64,000 bases of DNA. Source: Bacteroidales bacterium (GTDB taxonomy: Bacteria > Bacteroidota > Bacteroidia > Bacteroidales > FEN-979). The position numbers and the translations under genes were made by a program. Below, one piece after another: positions 9,200-17,710 of this stretch (position 1 is its first letter; every line of letters starts with the position of its first letter). The notes under the pieces are model-generated. The model worked only from the letters and a program-made list of their open reading frames with translations, did not search any database and was not told the origin of the DNA. Location of the stretch: NCBI GenBank assembly GCA_023231065.1, contig JALNWE010000004.1, positions 5,167-69,166 on the forward strand, in the 5' to 3' direction.

Positions 9200-10696
9200 A
9201 TGAAGCGGTTTGTGACTGGTAAAAAATATTTGATCTTTCTTTTCCTACTAACGCTTTCTTCCTGCAATACCGGAAACCTTACCGATATTCAGAGATTGCT
9301 TTCCCCGGCCGCTTTACCCTATTTGAAAAGCAGCAAGTTAATTCAGGTTTCGAGTTATGATACGTCAGGGGGCAACAATGACCGGGTTGTAATTCCCGCT
9401 GGGAAAAAGGTAACCATTATGGATGTAGGCGGGCCTGGTATGATATCGCGGATCTGGATGAATGTCGATTCCAGGGATCCTTATTTCCTGCGCCGTATTG
9501 TGATCCGGATATATTGGGACAACGAATTACAGCCCTCGGTGGAAGTTCCATTGGGCGATTTTTTTGGTTCAGGGTTTCAATATACCCCTTACATTTCGCA
9601 GTACCTGGGAATGACCAGCGGCGGTTATATTTGTTATCTTCCGATGCCTTTCGAGAGCCATGCCCGCATCGAAATTGCCAATGATACCCACCAGAATATT
9701 TCAGGGCTTTATTACCAGATCAATTACCAGAAGTTCGAAGGCGCCCTGGAATCGGATGTGGCTTATTTCCATGCCCAGTGGAGGCGGAGTATCAAAACAG
9801 ATTATGATACCAATTTTGTAATACTAAATGCAGAAGGGCGCGGACATCTCATTGGGGTAAACCTGAATTTGCAATCGTATGACGGGAGTTTTAATTTTCT
9901 GGATGGGGATGAGATGATTTATGTTGATGGTGAAAAAAACCCATCGATCAGGGGGACAGGCACTGAAGATTTTTTTTCGGGAGGCATGAAGTTTAGCAAA
10001 GATGAATTTGCAGGGCCATACAGTGGGTTGATTTATAAAAATAATTCCCTTGGCCAGATTGCCGCTTACCGTCTCTTCATACCTGATCCTGTGCCCTTTA
10101 AAAAGAATATTCTGGTTACCATCGAACACGGGCAGGCGAATCGTGAAATAGCTGATTACAGTTCAACGGCTTATTGGTACCAGATGGAACCTCACAAACC
10201 TTTCAGGCCATTACCGGTTGACGGACAACGAATCCCTTTACGGATAATAAAGCCAGCCCATTTAATTGAAGCGGAAAATCTTCAATTTCAATTAGAAGGG
10301 TTGAAATCGAAGATCGTGGATATGTCGGAGTACGGACCTGAGTGGGGAGGGAATAAGCAAATCGTCATTGAATCCAGGGACGCTTCTTCATTTGGCTTGA
10401 TGCTGAATGGGTTAAAAAAAGAACAATATGAAATCACTCTTTTTTATACCTTAGGGCCGGATTACGGAGATGCTGATATTTTGATAAATAACAAGAAGAT
10501 GGGAGAAATCCGCGGGTATTCGCCTTATATCCTGCCTTTTGGGAAGGTAATTATTCCAGCCGTCCGGCGGGCAGCCGGATCTGAAACGATTACTTTGAGG
10601 TTTGTCATCACCGGAAAGGATCCTTCATCGAAAGGATATAAAGTCGGCCTTGATGGGATACATCTCGTTCCACAGCAACCAATAAAAGAAAATTAA
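9200..10696 (+). CDS. DUF2961 (GH172-like) lipoprotein with C-terminal CBM-like jelly roll
   Basis: Lipobox LSSC; SSYDTSGGNND, GPGMISRIW, PSVEVPLGDFF, GTGTEDFF, IEHG motifs. Confidence 0.85.
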   Translation: MKRFVTGKKYLIFLFLLTLSSCNTGNLTDIQRLLSPAALPYLKSSKLIQVSSYDTSGGNNDRVVIPAGKKVTIMDVGGPGMISRIWMNVDSRDPYFLRRIVIRIYWDNELQPSVEVPLGDFFGSGFQYTPYISQYLGMTSGGYICYLPMPFESHARIEIANDTHQNISGLYYQINYQKFEGALESDVAYFHAQWRRSIKTDYDTNFVILNAEGRGHLIGVNLNLQSYDGSFNFLDGDEMIYVDGEKNPSIRGTGTEDFFSGGMKFSKDEFAGPYSGLIYKNNSLGQIAAYRLFIPDPVPFKKNILVTIEHGQANREIADYSSTAYWYQMEPHKPFRPLPVDGQRIPLRIIKPAHLIEAENLQFQLEGLKSKIVDMSEYGPEWGGNKQIVIESRDASSFGLMLNGLKKEQYEITLFYTLGPDYGDADILINNKKMGEIRGYSPYILPFGKVIIPAVRRAAGSETITLRFVITGKDPSSKGYKVGLDGIHLVPQQPIKEN

Positions 10697-11718
10697 TGAA
10701 GTCCAGGACCGGTATTTTATTTCTTTTTCTGTTGTTATCCCTCTTGTTTAATCCGGGAGAAAGAAGTTTTGTCTTTGGGCAAAAGGTTGTCAAACAAGGG
10801 GGGCCTGTCCCCGCTTCATTTTGTGTCAAGCCTACTGAGATGGAATTATACCAGATGGTTTGCGATGACAGGGCCCAGCATGGCCTCCCTCCTATTCCCC
10901 TCTCAAAATCCCTGTGTTATGTGGCCGCTCAGCATTTGAAAGATCTGTTTTTACATCATCCCGATGAGGGTTCCTGTAACTTTCATTCGTGGTCTGCCCA
11001 TGGTCCCTGGAAACCTTTTTGTTATCCTGTGGATGAGAACAAGAAAAACTCGGTATGGGACAAACCCCGCGAAATAACGCGATATCCGGCCAAGGCCTAT
11101 GAAATCATTTATTGGGAAAACAATCCGGTACTGGTCGATACCATTATGTCGGTCTGGGAGTCAGAAGAATATTTCAACAGTTTTTTGGTCAATTCGGGGA
11201 AATGGCTTGGCGTTCAATGGAATGCCATTGGCATTGCCATTTACGAAAATTATGCCTGCGCCTGGTTTGGGGAGGTCAAAGATCCAGAAGGCAAACCGGA
11301 AGTATGCGGGAACCAGTCCCCGCTTAGCAAAAAGCCGGTTCCCGCGAAACCTGCCGATAGTCTTCAGAAAAATAAAAGCAAATCCGTAGCTGCCGGGAAA
11401 AAATCGGAAAAAAAACAAACCGAAGTTTTAAAGGGCATTCCATCTGCTGCCGTCGATAAAAGCAGTACGGCCAAAGATTCCCTGGGTTTGAAGCCCATCA
11501 CATACTATATCATTGTCAGGACGAATATTTCGGAGGAAAACGCCATGAAGTTGATTACGGAGCTACAAACGAAGGGCTATCCGGATGCCCGGTTCCTTGA
11601 TAAAGATGGGAAGTCGAGGGTGAGTGTTTTCCAGTCCAACGATCGGGCGGAGGTCATGGCAAAACTGAGGGAAGTGAAAAAAAGCTATAAAGACGCATGG
11701 CTTTTGAAAAATCAGTAA
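10696..11718 (+). CDS. CAP/SCP-like domain protein with C-terminal SPOR domain
   Basis: RAQHGLPPIPLSKSLCYVAAQH, CNFHSWS, WNAIGIAIYENYACAWFG; Lys/Pro-rich linker; SPOR-like tail (YYIIV...GYPDA...RVSV...YKDAWLLK). Confidence 0.7.
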   Translation: MKSRTGILFLFLLLSLLFNPGERSFVFGQKVVKQGGPVPASFCVKPTEMELYQMVCDDRAQHGLPPIPLSKSLCYVAAQHLKDLFLHHPDEGSCNFHSWSAHGPWKPFCYPVDENKKNSVWDKPREITRYPAKAYEIIYWENNPVLVDTIMSVWESEEYFNSFLVNSGKWLGVQWNAIGIAIYENYACAWFGEVKDPEGKPEVCGNQSPLSKKPVPAKPADSLQKNKSKSVAAGKKSEKKQTEVLKGIPSAAVDKSSTAKDSLGLKPITYYIIVRTNISEENAMKLITELQTKGYPDARFLDKDGKSRVSVFQSNDRAEVMAKLREVKKSYKDAWLLKNQ

Positions 11719-11768
11719 TGAGGAGTGACGGAGCAGGATAAAAAGAAAGAAATTTTCTTCAAAAGGAA

Positions 11769-12260
11769 TCAGGCTTTCATATAAAAAAGGTCGCGCTGGG
11801 CAAAGGCATGTTCGTGCTCAAGCAACCATTTTTTACGCCAGAGCCCCCCGGCATAGCCAACAAGTTTTCCATCGTGGCCCAATACCCGGTGACAGGGAAT
11901 GATGATTGGAACAGGGTTCCTCCTGTTGGCGCCGCCAACAGCGCGTAAGGCATTGGCATGACCAATCCTGCGGGCAAGCCCGATGTATGAAAGCGTGGCG
12001 CCGTAAGGAATTTTTTGTAATTCAGACCAGATCCCCAGTTGAAACGGCGTCCCCGAAAGATCCAAAGGCAGGTCAAATATTTTCCTGGTCCCGGCAAAAT
12101 ATTCTTCCAATTGTTCAATACAGGGTTTCAGTAAAGATGGTACGCGGTGTATGCGGACCCGGAAATCGAGAAAACAGAGACCGCATATTCCTTTTTCAGA
12201 GCCTGTGACTTCCACAAAGCCGATGGGGGTTTTAAGAAACGCCCGCTGGATGGGGTTCAT
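11769..12260 (-). CDS. ogt: Methylated-DNA--protein-cysteine S-methyltransferase
   Basis: GTPFQ, IPYG, RAVGGA, NPVPIIIPCHRV active site, GYAGGLWRKKWLLEHE. ATG 12260 preferred over 12317. Confidence 0.93.
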   Translation of the reverse strand: MNPIQRAFLKTPIGFVEVTGSEKGICGLCFLDFRVRIHRVPSLLKPCIEQLEEYFAGTRKIFDLPLDLSGTPFQLGIWSELQKIPYGATLSYIGLARRIGHANALRAVGGANRRNPVPIIIPCHRVLGHDGKLVGYAGGLWRKKWLLEHEHAFAQRDLFYMKA

Positions 12261-12261
12261 A

Positions 12262-12474
12262 TCATGGTTTTTTGGATTTCTGTGTCCGGTATGCAAAAAA
12301 CAACATAAGGAGGCCAAAGATCAGCATCCCGATCCCGGACCAGAGATTGACATTGATCCCCAGTGACCGGGAGTAAAGTAAAACATCGCCATTGGTAAAT
12401 AATCCGAAAATAGTAAGTAATAGTCCCAGAATGCTGAACATTAATCCGATCGGAAGCTTTATATCGATACCCAT
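12262..12474 (-). CDS. Small two-TM membrane protein (70 aa) downstream of the SSS gene
   Basis: DIKLPIGLMF...LGINVNLWSGIGMLIFG, two hydrophobic helices, same orientation as the symporter. Confidence 0.75.
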   Translation of the reverse strand: MGIDIKLPIGLMFSILGLLLTIFGLFTNGDVLLYSRSLGINVNLWSGIGMLIFGLLMLFFAYRTQKSKKP

Positions 12475-12541
12475 TTTAGTGAAGGATTTATGTTATTAAT
12501 GTTAATTTCAAAAGGTTTAAATATCATCAGGTTGACCATTT

Positions 12542-14272
12542 TTACCAAAACAGGATGGTCAGGATTGTAGCGATTGCCAGTACAACGATTGCCAGCGTCG
12601 TTGACCTTGAATACCAGGGTACATTTCCTTCTTTGAATTTCGGGGTCAGTGAATAGACAAGCCCTTTAAGATCGCCGTCTGATTTCTTTTGTTTTGTTAA
12701 AAGTGAAACCAATACGGTGACGATGGTAGCGGTTGTCCATGCAAAGATGGCGGTCCAGAAGTTCTGGGCCATTTCGACGGGATAGGTATATACCTGACAG
12801 ATCCATCCTCCTTTAACCAGGGTTGCGGCTCCCAGGGGAGCTGTTAATCCATGGTGGAGCAAGGCGATAACGAACCCTGCCAATAACCCGGAGAAGGCGG
12901 CATGTCCTGTAGTCCGTTTCCAGAACATACCCAGGAAGATTACCGCGAACAAGGGAGCGTTGATCATCGAAAAGATGGTTTGCAGAAAATCCATGATATT
13001 TCCGAAAAGGCTTGCCAGATAAGCTGCTGCAATGCTGACGATGACCCCGAAGATCGTAGCCATGCGGCCGACAAATAAATAATGTTTATCATCGGTTTCT
13101 TTGTTCCCGGTGACTGGACGGATATAACTCTGATAGATATCATAGGTCCAGACTGTATTGAATGCAGAGACATTGCCCGCCATCCCCGACATGAAGGAAG
13201 CCAGGAGGGCCGTAATGCCCAATCCAAGGACACCGGCTGGAAGATATTGTTTCAGCAAGGCAATGATGGTATAATCATAATTGTAATGACCCGGCGAAAT
13301 TTCAGGTAATGAAAAACCGGATCCTGGTTTATTCAGCAGGACAAGGGCTGCTATTCCGGGAACGATGATCAGGAAAGGGACGAACATCTTAGGTAAGGCC
13401 CCGATCAGCGGTGTATTCCGGGCAGCCGTAGGTGATTTGGCCGACATGGCCCGTTGCACGATCAGGAAGTTGGTGCACCAGTATCCGAAAGAAAGGACGA
13501 AGCCGAGGCCCGCGAAGATCCCATACCATTCGACTCCCAGAGGATTTGCAGAAGCCGAACCGGTATATTTCCAGGTTGTAGTCCAGGTATCCGGAGCATA
13601 TCCTTTAGCTGAAACAATCGGGGCCAGTTGTTCCTTCATTCCTTCCCAGCCTCCCAGGTCCTGCAAGCTTAAAAGCACGATGGGCAATAAACCAATCACA
13701 ATGATAAAGAACTGTAATACTTCATTGTATATGGCTGATGAAAGACCGCCGAGGTAGGTATATCCAAGAACGATGGCTGCTGACAGGATCAAACTAAGAT
13801 GAAAGTTCCATCCCAGGACTCTTTCCATCAGGATGGCCAGGGCATACATCGAGATGCCGGAAGCAAGAATGGTCATCACGGCAAAAAGTATAGCATTCAG
13901 GCCCCGCGTTTTCTCATCGAACCGCAGTTTGAGGTATTCCGGGACTGATCTTGCTTTTGATCCATAGTAGAAAGGCATCATGAACAAGGCTAAAAAAACC
14001 ATGGCAGGAATGGCCCCTACCCAGTAAAAATGTGCGGTAAGCATACCGTATTTGGCCCCTGAACCCGTCATTCCCATCACTTCAAGGGCGCCCAGGTTCG
14101 TGGAAATAAAAGCCAGGCCGGCAACCCAGGCTGGCATGGCCCTTCCGGCTTCAAGAAATGCATTGGCTGTTTTCATATACCGTTTTAGCGCCCAACCAAT
14201 ACCGAGTACGAAAACAAAGTAAACAAGCATGATGGTGTAGTCGATCCAACTTAAAGTGAAGCCTGTGTCCAT
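12542..14272 (-). CDS. Sodium:solute symporter (SSS/SLC5), probable sugar/polyol importer
   Basis: FLEAGRAMPAWVAGLAFISTNLGALE, EYLKLRFD, YTYLGGLSS, YWCTNFLIVQRAMSAK, LLASFMSG, YDIYQ. Confidence 0.92.
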   Translation of the reverse strand: MDTGFTLSWIDYTIMLVYFVFVLGIGWALKRYMKTANAFLEAGRAMPAWVAGLAFISTNLGALEVMGMTGSGAKYGMLTAHFYWVGAIPAMVFLALFMMPFYYGSKARSVPEYLKLRFDEKTRGLNAILFAVMTILASGISMYALAILMERVLGWNFHLSLILSAAIVLGYTYLGGLSSAIYNEVLQFFIIVIGLLPIVLLSLQDLGGWEGMKEQLAPIVSAKGYAPDTWTTTWKYTGSASANPLGVEWYGIFAGLGFVLSFGYWCTNFLIVQRAMSAKSPTAARNTPLIGALPKMFVPFLIIVPGIAALVLLNKPGSGFSLPEISPGHYNYDYTIIALLKQYLPAGVLGLGITALLASFMSGMAGNVSAFNTVWTYDIYQSYIRPVTGNKETDDKHYLFVGRMATIFGVIVSIAAAYLASLFGNIMDFLQTIFSMINAPLFAVIFLGMFWKRTTGHAAFSGLLAGFVIALLHHGLTAPLGAATLVKGGWICQVYTYPVEMAQNFWTAIFAWTTATIVTVLVSLLTKQKKSDGDLKGLVYSLTPKFKEGNVPWYSRSTTLAIVVLAIATILTILFW

Positions 14273-14302
14273 AGTGTTTATGATTTAATTATAAGAGTAC
14301 TA

Positions 14303-14341
14303 CAAACATAAAAAAAAATCCGATGTAGTTAAACCTCTTCG
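14303..14341 (-). promoter_or_regulatory. Putative sigma70 promoter for the SSS gene (TTTA-N19-TATGTTTG) with a T9 run in the spacer
   Basis: TATGTTTG at 14310-14303 on the - strand; TTTA 19 nt upstream; A9 run at 14310-14318 on the + strand. Confidence 0.5.
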
Positions 14342-14347
14342 AAGGGA

Positions 14348-17300
14348 TTACAACCTTACTTCAATAAAATTATGTGGTTTGGTCAGCATGGACATAAACT
14401 GATCCTTTGAAATAACCGCCCCACCCTGGCGATAACTGTTCCCTTCATCCCCGAAAGTCACAGGAATGCCATTGATGGTAATGGATTTTGGGCCAAAACT
14501 GTCTTCTTTGACCGTATATAAAAAGGTTACCGGATGACCCATGAAATCCAGGGAGGCCGACAGGCCATCCAGGGATCGCGGAATTACCGGATCTATAATC
14601 ACCTTACCGGATTCAGTCCGTAAACCCAGCAGCCTTGAAACGACAAGTCCAATGTAAATACCTGGTCCGCTGGAATAAACCCTCCATCCTCCTTTCAGGG
14701 TGATTTTTCCTGTTTTTATCTCATCGTAAAGTTCATCGGCTTCATACCGGTTTTTAAAAGTAACATCCGAGCTACTGTAATAACAATTGGATTGGCGGAT
14801 ATCACCACAGGGGACGATTTCCCTGTAGCCAACCGGATTTGCCTGGCGAAGGGCTTTCAGAAAAGCCTCTGCCCTACCTGTGCGGGCCAGCGCTTCTGCA
14901 TACCGGATATGCTCATGAACATACATGAGGCCAATCTCACGGCCAAAGAAAGTACTGCTCTCCGCTCTCTGAAAGAGGGCCTGGATGCCTCCCTTATAGG
15001 GAAGGGGCCGGTCCATCAGCCGGGCCCCGTCAGGGCCTTTCAGGTGCATTTCAATGAGATCCTGGTGGCGTAGCGCTTGTTCCTTTGTGAATATCCCACT
15101 GATCACGCCCCGGTCCATCGGCAGGATGCTGTACCGGATGCTAGTCATAGTATCACCCGGATGAAGCAATAAACTGATGCTGCGATCTTCTTCAACCAAA
15201 CCATATCCTGCAACCACGCCATCCTTGATCAGATATCGGTTGAAATCCGATTTGATTTGTTTTGATATTTCTTTTAATTCATTGGATTTTGATTCATCAC
15301 CTGTCAGCTCATAGACGGCCTGGTACTGGTTAAAGGCCTGGTAATTCATTTCAACCGTCCAGCTTGAGATCATCCGTTGCGCCAATTCCTTGTTAACCGG
15401 TTGCAGGGAATCATTCCAGTCACCGCCCCCAAAGGGGACCAGCGCCGTGCCGGGAATAAAGGAGCCAACGATCATCCTGATCAGCCGGTCAATATGCTCG
15501 CTGAGGGGTGTATGTTCCGCATAAGCAATCCCTTTTTCATGATAATAAGGTAAAATCCCGTCGAGGATATTCAGGTCACCGGTCACTTTGATATAATTAC
15601 TCAGGGCAATGATGCACCAGTAATAAACATCCCCGTGTGAACTGTAGGCCCGGATATTGGAATAACTGTCGAACATCCACCATTGCGGCCAGCCGCCATC
15701 CTGATTTTGATTTGAGAAAATGATACGCAGCGCCTGCCGGGCCGCATCATATTTTTCCAAACACAGCAACAGGTCAAACGGTCCCTGGGCGATATCCCTT
15801 GTCCCCCAGGCTGCGCCACTGAATTGCTCCAGGCCATAAGGCGTCAGAAAATGGGTAAGGGCATTCATGCCATACCATGGCAGGATCTCCTGAATGGCAG
15901 CGATATCTTCCTGATCCCCCTTTAATGATAGGTTTAAACACAAGTCCTGCCACGAAGATTGGGCGTCATGGCAATCAGAAAACCACTGGTCGCCGGTCCT
16001 GTTGATACACTTATCCGGGCTGTATTCCCTGCATACCTCACCCACGAAACTCATGAAGAAACCCGTTGTTTCGCGGACATCGATCACAAATAAGGAATTT
16101 CCATGGTTTTTTTCATCATCGAACAGTACTTCGGCCCTGCTATTTTGATTATCAAATCCATCAGCAAAGATTTTAAATTGTGCGTTTGGAAATTTTCCGG
16201 CAATCATACTTTCCGGCCCTGGCCTGGCGATGAACTCACCAGCGCTGTTTCCCTGTATAATCTTCCAGCCGTTCAGTGGATCAAAGTGATGGGTGATCAA
16301 AAGACTGACCTTTGGCCCACGAAAAACTTTGAAGTCCATATTGACCCTTGGCGCTGTTTTAGAGGTCCAGGCGCGGACCTGAAAACAATGGTCCCCGGAT
16401 TTATAAATCCACCGGCAGTGATTCAGCCCGATCTCAAAAGCTGACGGAACGCCCAACAAAAATCTCCGGCCTTCGGTCTCAACAAAAATTCGTTGCCCGG
16501 TTTCGGGTTCGAGATTAAAAGAGCTGTTACAAATGGATAGAAAAACATTGAAATTGGTGTTCCCCTGTGAAAGATGCGAATTGAAAACCCCGAAGGCATA
16601 GGCCGTTGTCGCGACGGTGTTTTCATCGGGCACATATCCTGATTTTGCCTGCATGATATGGCCATGGGGACGGTCAGCCAAAACCTCTTTTGCGCGCAGC
16701 ATCACATGGTTATTATCCTGGCAAAAAAAGGATAGCAATTGCCCGTTTTCCGATTCATCGTGACGCCGTTTGCTACCGAAAAATTGTTCAAGCTCCTGTT
16801 CATTCAGGTCGTCAACCGGTAAAAAACAAGAGGTATTGAAGAAATTCCTCACCGGAGCCTGGAATTTTTGCGTATCCCGGAAGGCGCTCTTGTCAGATTG
16901 AGGTGACAATCCATCCCTGAATTCTGACATCAAGCCGGATAACCGTTTCAGATCATTTCCTGATGTTGCCTGGGAGTGATCCTGTAAATAGGTCGCTGTA
17001 AAAATACTTTGGCGATGTTCCCCGTGCAACAATGTAAATGGTGTTTCCTGCAAAGCAAGCACAGAAGATTCCCCTGCATATTCGCCTCCCAGCTTACTGT
17101 CAAGCAAACTTTCCGGGATCCCGGTTTCCCTGTATGTTTTACCATAAAACTGCATACCATCGACACTTCCGGCTATGGCGTTATTCCTGCATGCTAACAT
17201 TATCCAGGGATTACCAACCGGTCCTTTCATGTTCTGACGGCAGCATATAACAGAGCCATAATTGGGATCTTCCAGGATTCGCCGTTCAATATATTGACTT

Positions 17301-17710
17301 ACATAATATTCATTGATCAACCCATCCGTAATCGGTTTCAGACCGACATCCTGGACATAGATCAAGTCAAGGTCAACCTGGTCATCTGTCGGATTGGAAA
17401 CATCAACTGACCATTGCCAGCTCAGGCTTTTTTTTGAAAGCTGTAACGCACAGGTATAATGAAGACCAGCCCAACATCCTTTCGCCACGAAAATATTGCC
17501 GGTCACCATGAATTGGCTGTTACTTTCCGGTCCCAAAAGGGCCTTATGCCCCAAGGGTTCTGTTCTTCTTCGTAAATAAAGGTTCGCTCCTGATTTTGAA
17601 AAGGGTGTTGCTGCTTTAAGGCTTATCCTGATGGGACCGGCCTCAATGCTCTTTACGGAACCATTTTCCAGAAAATCAATGGAGAGGCCAAGGGGATTTT
17701 TAATTTTCAT
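14348..17710 (-). CDS. GH94 glycoside phosphorylase, 1,2-beta-oligoglucan phosphorylase (SOGP)-like
   Basis: 1120 aa, no signal peptide; THFLTPYGLEQFSGAAWGTRDIAQGP, WPQWWMFD, HGDVYYW, GGGDWNDSLQP (catalytic Asp region), YVHEHIRY, GWRVYSSGPG. Size and motifs fit recalled SOGPs (Lin1839, Cphy_0694) and the GH144 context. Confidence 0.8.
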   Translation of the reverse strand: MKIKNPLGLSIDFLENGSVKSIEAGPIRISLKAATPFSKSGANLYLRRRTEPLGHKALLGPESNSQFMVTGNIFVAKGCWAGLHYTCALQLSKKSLSWQWSVDVSNPTDDQVDLDLIYVQDVGLKPITDGLINEYYVSQYIERRILEDPNYGSVICCRQNMKGPVGNPWIMLACRNNAIAGSVDGMQFYGKTYRETGIPESLLDSKLGGEYAGESSVLALQETPFTLLHGEHRQSIFTATYLQDHSQATSGNDLKRLSGLMSEFRDGLSPQSDKSAFRDTQKFQAPVRNFFNTSCFLPVDDLNEQELEQFFGSKRRHDESENGQLLSFFCQDNNHVMLRAKEVLADRPHGHIMQAKSGYVPDENTVATTAYAFGVFNSHLSQGNTNFNVFLSICNSSFNLEPETGQRIFVETEGRRFLLGVPSAFEIGLNHCRWIYKSGDHCFQVRAWTSKTAPRVNMDFKVFRGPKVSLLITHHFDPLNGWKIIQGNSAGEFIARPGPESMIAGKFPNAQFKIFADGFDNQNSRAEVLFDDEKNHGNSLFVIDVRETTGFFMSFVGEVCREYSPDKCINRTGDQWFSDCHDAQSSWQDLCLNLSLKGDQEDIAAIQEILPWYGMNALTHFLTPYGLEQFSGAAWGTRDIAQGPFDLLLCLEKYDAARQALRIIFSNQNQDGGWPQWWMFDSYSNIRAYSSHGDVYYWCIIALSNYIKVTGDLNILDGILPYYHEKGIAYAEHTPLSEHIDRLIRMIVGSFIPGTALVPFGGGDWNDSLQPVNKELAQRMISSWTVEMNYQAFNQYQAVYELTGDESKSNELKEISKQIKSDFNRYLIKDGVVAGYGLVEEDRSISLLLHPGDTMTSIRYSILPMDRGVISGIFTKEQALRHQDLIEMHLKGPDGARLMDRPLPYKGGIQALFQRAESSTFFGREIGLMYVHEHIRYAEALARTGRAEAFLKALRQANPVGYREIVPCGDIRQSNCYYSSSDVTFKNRYEADELYDEIKTGKITLKGGWRVYSSGPGIYIGLVVSRLLGLRTESGKVIIDPVIPRSLDGLSASLDFMGHPVTFLYTVKEDSFGPKSITINGIPVTFGDEGNSYRQGGAVISKDQFMSMLTKPHNFIEVRL

